A DNA stretch of 64,000 nt from an uncultured Planctomycetota bacterium (GTDB lineage Bacteria; Planctomycetota; Planctomycetia; Isosphaerales; Isosphaeraceae): contig CAWGMQ010000008.1 of assembly GCA_963823665.1 (NCBI GenBank), positions 736,001-800,000 of the forward strand, read 5' to 3'. The notes under the pieces are model-generated. The model was not told the DNA's origin and did not search any database. It was given only the letters and a program-made list of their open reading frames with translations. Of this stretch, positions 49,175 through 60,400 are shown piece after piece. Position 1 is the first letter of the stretch, and each line of letters begins with the position of its first letter. The position numbers and the translations under genes were made by a program.

Positions 49175-52042
49175 CTCGAACTCCTGGAGCAAGGCTTGAA
49201 ATCCCGGGTCGTTGCGGATCGGCTCGAGATCGGTGTCTTTCTTGAGGACAACGACGTCGGTCCAACCCCGCTCCTTGGCGTTGCGCAGGCATTCCAGCGC
49301 GGCACTCGTGTAACGCGCTTTTGTCTGCTGATCACTCCCCGTGGCGGCTGAGGCGACCGCGTAGCCGAAGGCGGCCTGGACGTAAAGGTTCTCATCCTTG
49401 GGCGGTGTCGCCACCAGCGAGTGGGCAATCTTCGCGGCTTCGACGTGCTCGCCGCAACGGCCGAGCGCGAGCATGAGGTTCAACTGCATGCCTTTGGGAT
49501 CCGTCTGTTTCACGAGCTCTTTACAGACCGCCAGGCTTTCCTGGAATCCGGTCGCGGCGCCGGCCTTGTCGCCTGCGTGCATGGCGCAGGTCGCGTCGTA
49601 ATAGAGCGTCTCGGCAAGCACCTTCTTGTTCGCGGCATCCTCGGGATCGGCCTTCGCTCGCTTCCTCAGAATCTCGAGCGCCTTGCGGTGGAAGTCGCGG
49701 GCGAGTGCGGGATCCTTTCCATTGGGATATCGCATCGAGGCTTGATTGTTGTACGAGAGGGCAAGGTCGTTCTGGACCGGCCAGGAGTCCGGCTGTTTGG
49801 CCGTGTTCTGGCTGCGCAGCGACGCCACCTTATCATACAGTCGCAGCGCTTCATCGTTGTCGCCCATTCGGACATACATCGCTGCGCGTTCCGCAATGAA
49901 GCCGGCGAGCTCGCGCCGGTTCTCGAATTCGCCGGCGGCTGCGGCGGAAAATGACTCGCGGATCTCGATCTCCTGGCGATAGAGCTCACGGGCCTTATCG
50001 AGATGACCGAGATTCGCTTCCGACTTCGCCAGCCCACCCACCGAATTGGCCAGCTCACTCTTGAAGGCGTCGCTGTCGGGCTCTTTGGCCAGGCGTGTCT
50101 TGCTGAGCTCGATGGCGGTGTTGAAGTAGCTCTGGGCCCCCGCGGTGTCGCCGATCTGGTCCATGGTGACGTAGCCGAGCTGGCGCTTGATTTTTATCAA
50201 GTTGACCTGCATGACGCGGTCGGCCGGATCGGCGACGGTGAGCTTGGTGACGATTTCTTCGGCCTGGTGGAATTGTGCGAGAGCCTCCTTGACCTGGTTC
50301 CGCGATAGATGGAGGGCACCCTGTGACTGGTGCGCCTTCGCCAGTGTTCCCCAGTTGCGTCCTTCGTCTTCCGGTGCCCAGTCCACGTCGCGGCGCAGGT
50401 TAGTCATTGCCTGCGCCGCCTCTTCCAGTCGCTTGCTCGCCTTGTCGAGCAGAGCTTCGCGCTCGTCATGGATCGCGGTCACGAAGCGCAGCTTGCGCCG
50501 CAGCAGATCGATCATATCGAGCTGGGCTTCCACCGCACTGCGGTTTTGTACGTTGGCCGCGCGGGCGGCGGCGACGGCGACCTTTTCCTTGCGCTCGGCC
50601 TCTTGACGCTTTTCCTCAGCGAGTGTATTCGCCGCGGCCAGTGCCTGACTTTGCTGACGGTAAACCACCGCAGCGATGGCCGAGCCGGCCGAACCCGTCA
50701 ATATCAAAGCGGCGACCGCCCCAGTCAGAATCGCAACCGTCTTGTTGCGCAGGCACCACCGGCGCACGCGTTCGACGTCGGAGACCGGTCGCGCGGTGAT
50801 CGTTTCACCCGCCCGGAACTTGCGCAGGTCCTCGGCCAGAGCCAGCGCGTCGGGATAGCGCCGCGCGATGTCCTTTTCCAGGCATTTCAGGCAGATCGTC
50901 TCCAGATCGCGCGGCGTTTTGGGCTGGAGCTGCGAGGGCGGCACGGGCTCACGGCTGCGCACCATGTCGAGCGTGTCGAGCACCGAAGTTCCCTGGAACG
51001 GCGGCCGCCCGGTGAGTAGCTCGTAAAGGATCGCGCCCAGGGCATACTGGTCCGCGGCGGGCCCGACCCGCTGGCTCTCACCCCGCGCCTGTTCCGGAGC
51101 CATGTAGCTGGGCGTGCCCAGGATCGAGCCGCTGCTGGTGTGCCCCGAGTCATCCTCCAGCCGCTTCACCAGCCCGAAATCGGTGATTTTCACGGTGCCG
51201 TCGGCCGCGAACAGGATATTGGTTGGTTTGAGGTCGCGATGGATCACCTTGTGCTCATGCGCCACGTGCATCGCGCGCGCGAGCGTCTCGACGATTCGCG
51301 CAGCCTCGTGAAACGGCTGGGGCTTGCCGCCGATCTTCTGGGCGAGGGTACCGCCCGGGAGATACTCGAGCGAGAAGTAAGGCAGCCCCTCGTGCTCGCC
51401 GATCTCGAAAATCCGGACGAAATTGGAGTGTTCAATCGCGGCAACCGCTTTCGCCTCGATCTCGAACCGCGCGAGATCCTCGGGCCGCGCATTGGCCCCG
51501 CCGCGAATCATCTTGAGCGCAACGAACCGGTCGAGCCGCGGCTGTCGCGCCTTGTAGACAACCCCCATGCCGCCGACGCCCAGGACACCGAGAATCTGGT
51601 AACCGGCGATTTGCGCCTTGGGCAGCTCCACTGCGCCGGCAGTCGGGGGCAGGGTGTGGTTGAGATCCCGGGTGAGAGAGATTCCTAAGTCTGAGGCGAC
51701 GGTCGAGTCGCGCGAACCAACCGCCGTGATCCCGTCCGCGAGCTCGGGGTCGTCGAGCTGCTCGAGCCGCTCGAGCCATGACGGAGAGGCGACGAGTGTG
51801 GCGATCGTCTTCCGGGCATCGCCGTCATGCCGCTTGAGACACTCGGTGGAAAGCGTTTCAATCAACCCACGCTGCACCGCGGAAAGCACGCCCTGGTCGA
51901 CCAGCACGTCAGCCAGTGTGCGGCCCGGTTCCCGCGCCTGAGCCCTGAGCGCGGCCGGAATCACCTCCGGCGCAACCAGATCGTTGTGCATCGCGATGAG
52001 GCCGAAGAGCAAATCGCTGGGGGCGTCGCCGAGTCGAACCAT
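49148..52042 (-). CDS. Ser/Thr kinase with TM helix and TPR-like C-terminal domain
   Basis: AGAGGAG before ATG 52042; DLLFGLIA; GVGGMGVVY, HRDLKPTN, DFG, GTPSYMAPE; ends DTDLEPIRNDPGFQALL. Confidence 0.94.
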   Translation of the reverse strand: MVRLGDAPSDLLFGLIAMHNDLVAPEVIPAALRAQAREPGRTLADVLVDQGVLSAVQRGLIETLSTECLKRHDGDARKTIATLVASPSWLERLEQLDDPELADGITAVGSRDSTVASDLGISLTRDLNHTLPPTAGAVELPKAQIAGYQILGVLGVGGMGVVYKARQPRLDRFVALKMIRGGANARPEDLARFEIEAKAVAAIEHSNFVRIFEIGEHEGLPYFSLEYLPGGTLAQKIGGKPQPFHEAARIVETLARAMHVAHEHKVIHRDLKPTNILFAADGTVKITDFGLVKRLEDDSGHTSSGSILGTPSYMAPEQARGESQRVGPAADQYALGAILYELLTGRPPFQGTSVLDTLDMVRSREPVPPSQLQPKTPRDLETICLKCLEKDIARRYPDALALAEDLRKFRAGETITARPVSDVERVRRWCLRNKTVAILTGAVAALILTGSAGSAIAAVVYRQQSQALAAANTLAEEKRQEAERKEKVAVAAARAANVQNRSAVEAQLDMIDLLRRKLRFVTAIHDEREALLDKASKRLEEAAQAMTNLRRDVDWAPEDEGRNWGTLAKAHQSQGALHLSRNQVKEALAQFHQAEEIVTKLTVADPADRVMQVNLIKIKRQLGYVTMDQIGDTAGAQSYFNTAIELSKTRLAKEPDSDAFKSELANSVGGLAKSEANLGHLDKARELYRQEIEIRESFSAAAAGEFENRRELAGFIAERAAMYVRMGDNDEALRLYDKVASLRSQNTAKQPDSWPVQNDLALSYNNQASMRYPNGKDPALARDFHRKALEILRKRAKADPEDAANKKVLAETLYYDATCAMHAGDKAGAATGFQESLAVCKELVKQTDPKGMQLNLMLALGRCGEHVEAAKIAHSLVATPPKDENLYVQAAFGYAVASAATGSDQQTKARYTSAALECLRNAKERGWTDVVVLKKDTDLEPIRNDPGFQALLQEFEKKVSGPLK

Positions 52043-52143
52043 GGTTGCTCCTCTTGCGGTCAGGCCGGGTCGGGTCGGGCTGGGTTGCGCCCGACGCGGC
52101 GAAGGTGATTCGCTGGCGGCGAGGCCGCCCATCATTGTGCGGA

Positions 52144-52167
52144 CGGCACACGGAGTGTGCCTGCTAC
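52144..52167 (-). repeat. GTAG-type REP-like element
   Basis: Minus strand GTAG-CA-GGCACAC-TCC-GTGTGCC, 3 nt after the sigma-factor stop. Confidence 0.65.
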
Positions 52168-52169
52168 AA

Positions 52170-52772
52170 CTACGAAGGGTCGTCGAGCAGCTTGATCTCC
52201 TCTCGGAGGAACTCAAGTACGCGGCTCTTTGCCTTGAATACCGTCGCCCGGCTCATCCCCAGCCGGGTCGCGACCTCGTCGCCGGAAAAGCCCTCGTAGG
52301 CCGTTAGCCGGAACGCTTCCCACGTCTGCGGCTCAACTCGTGCCCGGGCGCGGGCGGAGGCCATCGCCACGATCTCCGAGTCAAACTGGTCCTTGAGATG
52401 CGCGAGCAGATCGGCTCGCGCCTCCACGCTTTGAAGCTGCTCGAGCACTGCGTCGTCGCCGCTGCCGGAGCACTGGCGCTTCCGTTCCGCGAGGAAGTCG
52501 GCCAGGGCGTGCTGGGTCACCGTGCGCAGCCAGCCACGAAAACTCCGGGACGGGTCATACTGAAACGCCCCGAGCTTCTGAGACAGACGCAAGAGCACGT
52601 CCTGGGTGACATCTTCCGAGTCGGCCTCCTGCAACCCCCAGCGCCGGCACCAGCCGCGAATCCGCGAACCGTACAGGTTCACGAACCGCGCCCAGGCGAC
52701 GTGGTCTCCCGGGCCCAGACCGACGCGACCCAGCAGGGTCGCACTCGTCGGATCGGTCGATTCGAGCGGCAT
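52170..52772 (-). CDS. ECF sigma-70 factor, kinase-associated type
   Basis: TSATLL, AWARFVNLY, DSEDVTQDVL, YDPSRSFRGWL, TWEAF, VFKAKSRV. Confidence 0.93.
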   Translation of the reverse strand: MPLESTDPTSATLLGRVGLGPGDHVAWARFVNLYGSRIRGWCRRWGLQEADSEDVTQDVLLRLSQKLGAFQYDPSRSFRGWLRTVTQHALADFLAERKRQCSGSGDDAVLEQLQSVEARADLLAHLKDQFDSEIVAMASARARARVEPQTWEAFRLTAYEGFSGDEVATRLGMSRATVFKAKSRVLEFLREEIKLLDDPS

Positions 52773-53101
52773 CGGATCCTCGACGGACGTCGTGGCGGGA
52801 CTACAAAGATGGTTTTTCACGGGTTACTCGCGAAACATCTCGTAACTAAAAGATAACGGCCTCGCCAAGGCTCGTCCATGAACAGGTCACGCTTGCACGC
52901 GCGGACCTGGAACGGGCGCCTGAACCGGGCCGGACTGGAGATACACCTCTCTTACGTTCGTCTGCGAAAATCCTTTCACCCCGAAAGAAAAAAGAATTTT
53001 TGCGCGGTTGAGTCAGGTCCGCCGCGCCCGGCCGGTACGATCTTCCGAGCCACACAGCTCGGGTTCAATTACACGGCCGCATACCTGGAAAGGTCAAAAT
53101 C

Positions 53102-53383
53102 ATGACACGGAACTTGATCGCGACGGCGTCTCATGCTTTTGGAATCGTTCGCTCGAGTTCCGGCCGCCGGAGCCGGCCTCGCGCGAGCATTTGCCTCGAG
53201 AACCTCGAGGGCCGGCTGTCGTTGTCGTCCGTCTCGGCGGGCGGGCCCGCGCCGCTGATCAAGCACGGCGCTGATCCGACGGCTGTCCAGATGCAGCCGA
53301 TGATTCAGGGCAACCAACTCAGCACGAATGCCACTGGCCAGCACATCGAACCGGCTATCCTTTTCCCCGTGTTCGCTCAATAA
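53102..53383 (+). CDS. Small LExR-leader protein (93 aa)
   Basis: Basic leader, LENLEGRLSLS; AAGG upstream; divergent from the sigma gene. Confidence 0.7.
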   Translation: MTRNLIATASHAFGIVRSSSGRRSRPRASICLENLEGRLSLSSVSAGGPAPLIKHGADPTAVQMQPMIQGNQLSTNATGQHIEPAILFPVFAQ

Positions 53384-53633
53384 GAGTCTCACGACCGTCA
53401 TGGCCCGAGCGCGGGCGTTCAGTATCGAAATTCTCGAACGTCAGGGTCAGATCCGCCCGGTCGCACCGCTACCCTCCCACGCGACCGTAGCGGATGCGTG
53501 TCATGAGCCCACGTTCGAATTTCTTGGTGAAGCCGAGTCAGATCCACCGCGCGACACCGGTAACATCTCCCAGCGGTGCCGCGAACCCGGTCGAACAGGG
53601 TGATTCACTCCTAATTTTGCGAGATTTTCAACC

Positions 53634-54074
53634 ATGTTTCGCTCTTGGAACTCAATATGGCGTCATTGTGAAAAAGTTCCTGCTCGCGGCGGTCACAGAC
53701 GGCGACAGCCCGGCGGGAGAGCGCTTGAAAGCCTCGAGCAACGTTTGGCCCTCAGCCTCAGTCACACCGTCGCCCCGTTCGCTGAAGCGACGCAAACCTT
53801 TGTTGCAACGATGGTTGCACCTTACCAAAGGCACGCCGAGGTCGCGGGCGCCTCCGTCGCCGGCAATGATCTCACCGGTCAGGCCAGCGGCAAGCGCCAG
53901 CACATCCCGCTGGTCACGCAAGGCGACGGGTCCGCTCGGAAGATCTCCCCGGAGTGGATTCAGGGGATGCCAGGTGAAGACGTCGTCGCGAACACGGCGC
54001 CAGAGCAGCAGTCGTTCACACACAGGCACCCTACGCTCACCAATGTTGACAGGCGCACCATCACCGTCACGTGA
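53634..54074 (+). CDS. Small LExR-leader protein (146 aa)
   Basis: Basic leader, LESLEQRLALS. Confidence 0.7.
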   Translation: MFRSWNSIWRHCEKVPARGGHRRRQPGGRALESLEQRLALSLSHTVAPFAEATQTFVATMVAPYQRHAEVAGASVAGNDLTGQASGKRQHIPLVTQGDGSARKISPEWIQGMPGEDVVANTAPEQQSFTHRHPTLTNVDRRTITVT

Positions 54075-54464
54075 AACCGGCGCAACTCATCCGGTTTCGA
54101 TCCTTGGTCGCAGCGGCGCGTGCAAGGGGCGTGCCGAAAAAGAGATGCGTTCCCAAAAGACCATACGTGCGTACAAAAATGAATCCGTTCGCGAGTGGAA
54201 TAGTGACAAGATGGAACTCGCGAGTGTATTACTTTTCTCTTCTCCCACTGCTTGCGTTGTTGCGCGGTGTCTTGCGCCCTATGACCGAGCGCCTCCGCGA
54301 TTCGCCTTGGGGAAATCGCGAAAACGAGATTCGCGTGCATCGAAGCACGTGCTTCCAACGTACCTTGGGAAACCACGCCCGACGCGAGGACGGCTGAACG
54401 CCTCTCGTGCGTTTGAATTTGCCATCCTGATCTTGGATCTCTCCCGACAAAAGAGGCTCGTTCG

Positions 54465-57400
54465 ATGTCAACACCAGAGGGACCGGGCGCCGGCGGGCCG
54501 AGTTTCCGCCCCGGCAAGCAATGGAAGCGAAGTCTGCGGCGACGAGACGCCGCCAAGCGACCGAAGCGGAAGCCGTTTCTGCCGGACTTCCTTCCGCTCG
54601 ATCAGCGGATGATGCTGTCGACGTTCACGGTGACCGACACCAGCGACAGCGCCAGCGATCCGAACTCGCTGCGCTCGGCGATCACCCAGAGTAACTCTTC
54701 CGGACCCGGGCCAAACACGATCGACTTCGACATCCCGACGACCGACTCCGGCTACAACATGACCACCGGCGTCTGGACGATTGACCTGACTTCTGACCTC
54801 CCGCAAATCTCCGTTCCGGTACTGATCGATGGCTCCAGCCAGCCCGGATACGCAACCGCGCCGCTCATCGACTTGGACGGCACGAGTGCCGGAGCCGATG
54901 CGACCGGCCTGAGTTTCACGAACGGCTCAGATTTCAGCACGGTCGAGGCGCTCGTCATCAACAATTTCGCCAGTACAGGCATCGATCTCGACGGTGGAGA
55001 CTCGAACACGATCGAGGGCTGTTACATCGGCACGAACTCCACCGGCACCGCTGCGGAGAGCGGGTCGATGACCGTAGGCATTGACGTGCTCACCGCCTTC
55101 AACACGATCGGCGGCGCGACGAGCACTCCAGGCACAGGCGCAGGGAACGTGATTTCCGGACCGTCGAGCGCCGGCATCGAGATCGACGCCTTTTCTCAAA
55201 CAACCCTCGTCATCGGCAACGCAATCGGTACCAACGCGAGCGGTACGGCCGCGGTGCCGAACGGGACCGGCGTCTTGGCGGTCGACCACTCCGGCCTCGC
55301 CACAATCGGCGGCACCGCATCCGGCACAGCCAACTTGATTTCCGGCAACTCGAACGCAGGCATCGAGATCACTGGCGTCTTTGCCGGTGCAGACGCCGTC
55401 GAAGGCAACTTGATTGGCACCGACGTGACGGGCAGCCTCGCCATTCCCAATGCCAGCGGCGTGGAAATCGATACGGGCGCGTCCGAATCTACGGTCGGCG
55501 GCTCGGTCGCCGGCGCGGGCAATCTCATTTCGGGAAATCTGGGCGCCGGCGTGGAGATCTCCGCTGCATCGTACAACGACATTTGGGGCAATGTGATTGG
55601 CCTCAACCTGGCTGGAAACGCCACGCTGGGCAACTTCTACGGCGTGCGCCTCGATTCCGATGCCGCAAACAACATGATCGGCGGGCGCGAATTAGGATTC
55701 GGCAACACCGTAGAGCAAGGCTTCGCCAACGTTATCTCGGGCAATAACGTTTCCGTCAACAGCGTGGGCGTCTTCATCGATGGAGCCGTCGATAATGCTG
55801 TCCCGGGCAACTTCATCGGCACCGACATCACCGGCACAGTTGCCTTTCCAAACACGATCGGAGTCGAGATCGGCGGGGGTGCTAGCGCCAACACCATCGG
55901 CGGCGGCACTGTAACCTCCAACGATATCAGTCTGGGCGCCACCAGCGTCATTTCGGGAAACACCGACCAGGGCGTAGTGATCACGGATTCCGGCACGTCC
56001 AGCAACGTGCTCGCCGACAACCTGATCGGGACCGACATCACCGGCACGATAGCAATCCCCAACGGAGCCGACGGCGTCCAGATCGCCTCGAGCGCCGTCG
56101 GCAACACGATCGGCGGCGCCACCACCGCCTCCGCCAACGAGATCAGCGGCAACACGGGCTACGGCATCGATTCCGAGAGCTCGAGCTATGACAACTATGT
56201 TGCGAATGACTATCTCGGCACAGGCCCCGGTGGCTCCGGCAACCTACCCAACAGCTCGGCGGGGCTCTTCATCGGCGGCACCGTCACCGCCGGAGGCGAG
56301 CTCGTCGGCAATGTGGTTAACGACGGAACGCTCGGCGTCGCGGGCTTGAGCTCGGTCACGATCGATGGCGACTACGCGCAGACCGCCTCCGGATCGCTCG
56401 ATATCACTGTGGCCGGAGCGTTCCCGCCGCACTATGACCAGGTGCAAGTGTCCGGCACGGCCACGCTCGACGGCTCGATCAATGTCCTGTTTCTGATTGG
56501 CTTCTCGATCAATTCGGTCGACGCGTTCGACGTTCTATCCTATGGCGCCGTTACCGGCTCGTTTTCAACATACGGCGCGGCAGCCTCGACGCTCTTTCCG
56601 ACCTACGGCCCGACCGCGTTCCTCCTTTCGGCAACATCGTCGGTCCAAGTGGTCACGACCACCGCCGACTCAGGCGCAGGCAGCCTGCGACAAGCGATCA
56701 CCGGCGCGAACTTGGCCGCCCCGGCCGCCACAGTCATCGCCTTCGACATCCCGACGTCCGACTCGGGCTACGACTCGGCCACCGGCGTCTGGACAATTTC
56801 GCCTGCTTCGGCCTTGCCGGACATCACGGCGCAGGTCGGGCTCAACGCCTCGACGCAGCCGGGCTATGCCAGCTCGCCGGTCATCGTCCTCGATGGCACG
56901 AGCGCCGGCAGCGATGCAAACGGCTTGGTGCTCGACACCGGCTCCGACGGCAGCGTGCTGACCGCGCTCGCGATCAACGCCTTCAGCACCGGTAACGGCA
57001 TTTTGGTCGAGACGACGGACAACACGATCGAAGCCTCCTACATCGGCACCGACGCAACGGGCACCGTGGCAATCGCCAACTTGAACGGCGTCGAGCTCGA
57101 TTCCGGCTCTTCCGGCAACACGATCGGCGGCACGCTCTCAGGCGCAGGCAACCTGGTTTCCGGCAACTCCCAGAACGGCATCCTCGCCCTGAGCTCTTCC
57201 GACAATCTTATCGAAGGCAACTTGATCGGAACTAATCGAAGCAGCACGGGCTCGCTTGCCAACCAGTTCGAGGGGATCAAGCTCGATACCGGATCCTCCG
57301 GCAACACGATTGGCGGGATCACCACCACTCCGGGCACAGGTCCAGGCAACGTCATTTCCGGCAACGACGTCGGCGCCGAGTGGGGCATCATTATCGACGG

Positions 57401-60400
57401 GTCGGGAAACCTGGTGGCCGGCAACGTGATCGGCACCGACTCGACTGGAACCATCGCCGTCCCCAATGGCACAGCGATCGGTGTCTTTGCCCCTGCATCC
57501 TCCAACACGATCGGCGGTACGGCCGCGGGGGCAGAGAATCTCATCTCGGGCAATGCGAGCGGCGGTATCGCGAGTGGTGCGCCCGGTCTACTTATCGCCG
57601 GCAATTTTATCGGCACCGATATCACCGGCACGCAATCCCTGCCTAACGGCGGCGCCGGCGTGTCGGTCGCGGGTGCCGGCACGACCATCGGTGGAACCAC
57701 CGCCGGCGCGGGAAACTTGATCTCGGGCAACAGCGACGGGGGAATCCTCTTGGGCGGCGGTTCGCTCGTCGTGGGCAACATGATCGGCACCGATATCACC
57801 GGCACGATCGCCATCGGAAACGGCTTGGCCGGTGTCGAAATCTACGAGTCATCGGACAACACGATCGGTGGCACCACCGCTGCCGCCAGAAACCTGATCT
57901 CGGGCAACTCCGACTACGGCGTTGAAATAACGGGCATAGGCGCAGCGGGGAATTTCGTTCTTGGCAACTACATCGGCACCGATATCACCGGCAGTATCGC
58001 ACTTGGCAACGGCATCGGGGTCGGAATAGAGACTGCGGCGAAAGACAACACGATCGGCGGCGACGTCGCCGACGAAGGAAATCTGATCTCCGGCAACGAA
58101 AACTACGGCGTCCAGATCGCTCCCAATCTCACCCAGGCGGCGGACAATGTGGTCGCGGGGAACCTGATTGGCACGGATGCAACCGGCACGCAGCCGCTGG
58201 GCAACGGCACGGGCGTTCAGATTCTGAATAGATCCATAGGCAACACGATTGGCGGCACCACGGCCGCCGCCGCGAACGTCATCTCGGCCAACTTGAACAG
58301 CGGCATCATCATCACCGACTCGTTCGGCGGAGACAATCTCGTCGCCGGCAACTTGATCGGCACCGATGTCACCGGCGATCTGGCCCTGGGCAACTATTTC
58401 TATGGTGTCGAGATCGACGACTCATCGGACAACACGATCGGCGGTACAGCCTCGGGCGCGCTCAACATCATCTCCAACACTCAACCCGACCCCCTGAACG
58501 ATTCCATCGGCGGCGCCGGCGTCGTGATGATGGACTTCTCGGGCGACAACGTCGTCCTGGGCAATGACATCGGCACGAATCTCTCGGACAGCACGGCCAT
58601 GGGCAATGCCGCCGACGGTGTCGACATCGAATCCGGCTCGATGTTCAACACGATCGGCGGTTCCGTTTCCGGAGCGGGCAACCTGATCGCCGAAAATGTG
58701 AACGGCGTCGACATCGACGGCCCCGGCACCTCAGGCAACTTCGTGGAAGGAAACCTGATCGGTACCGACTCGAATGGCGACTACGACCTGGGCAACGACA
58801 CGGGTGTCGTGATCAGCGACAGTGCCACGGACAACACAATCGGCGGCGTGACGACGGCCGCCGGCACCGCTCCAGGCAACGTGATCACCGGAAGCAACGG
58901 CTACGGCATCTTCATCGGCGGCTCGGCCGGCGACAATGCGGTGGAAGGCAACTTGATCGGCACGGGCCAGAGCAGCTCACTCACGCTGGGCAATAATTAT
59001 GGCGGCGTCTCGTTCTATCAGGCCGGCTCCGGCAACACGATCGGCGGCGATGTCTCAGGCGCCGGCAACTTGATCGGGGGCAACGCGGGCGACGGCATTT
59101 ACGACCAGGATGATTCGGGCAACGTGTTCGAAGGGAACGTGATCGGCCTCAACCCGACCGGGACCTCCTCCTCCGACAATGGCAACAGCGGCGACGGCGT
59201 GGAGCTCCAGCGGGTATCGGGCGACACAGTGGGCGGCACGGTCGCCGCGGCTCGGAATGTCATCTCCGGCAACAGCAATGACGGCGTCCAGCTCGACGGG
59301 TCGAACACGACCGACAACGTGATCGAAGGGAACTTTATCGGGACGGATATCAGCGGTACAACTGCCGTCGACCCGAGAGACCAAACCATCGGCAACAACA
59401 ACGACGGCGTCGAGATCGACTCGGGGGCAACGGGGAATACGGTGGGCGGAACACTCTCGGGCGCCCTTAATCTGATCTCGGGCAACATTCAAGTCGGTGT
59501 CGAGATCTCGGGTAGCGGCGCGACTGGGAACCTCGTCGAGGGCGACTTTATCGGCACGGACGTGACCGGCACGGTGGCGATCTTCAACCCGACAACCCTG
59601 AACTTCGGTAACGACGGAGTGGAGATCGATCACTCGGCCTCGGGCAACACCGTGGGCGGCACGACTGCGCAGGCCAGAAACGTGATCTCCGGCGCGGGAT
59701 TGTCCGATGTTGGCATCGACAGCTCGGCGACCGGGAACCTGGTCGAAGGCAACTACATCGGCATCGATTCCTCGGGCACGTTCTCGCTGGAGGACGGCCA
59801 GGGCAGCGACGGCGTGGAGATCTCCGCACCCGGCAACACGCTCGGCGGCACGGTTTCGGGTGCCCGCAACGTGATCTCGGGAAATGCCGGACCGGCCGTC
59901 GAGCTCGATGGGGCAAATTCCACCGGCAATCTGGTGCTTGGCAATTTCATCGGCACCGATTACACGGGCACCGTCGCCAGCGGCAACGTAACGGACGGGA
60001 TCGATATCGACTCGGCCGCCTCGGACAACACGATCGGCGGCGTTGCGAGCACCTCCGGTCCTTCGAGCCTGATCGGCGGCGGCGCGGGCAACCTGATCTC
60101 CGGTAACCAATACGGAATCGACGACACGAGCGCCGGCGGCAATCTATTCGAGGGCAACGTGATCGGCCTCGACGCGACTGGCACCATCGCCGTTCCCAAT
60201 GCCAGCGACGGCGTGGCCATCCAAGATGTGTGGTACGATACCGTGGGCGGCACGGCCTCGGGCGCCGCAAACCTCATCTCGGGCAATCAAAGCGACGGCG
60301 TGGAAATTTCCGGCGACAACAATCTCGTCGCAGGCAACTTCATCGGTACCGATGTCTCGGGCAGCACCGCATTCGATGCCAGTGGCGATCCAATCGGCAA

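Noticed and set aside
53860..53915. Type VI secretion locus based on the Hcp-like motif
   Set aside because: Only a short peptide match; no other T6SS genes in the window.
53494..54612. 372-aa ORF
   Set aside because: Low-complexity Arg/Ser/Pro translation overlapping two better-supported genes in other frames.
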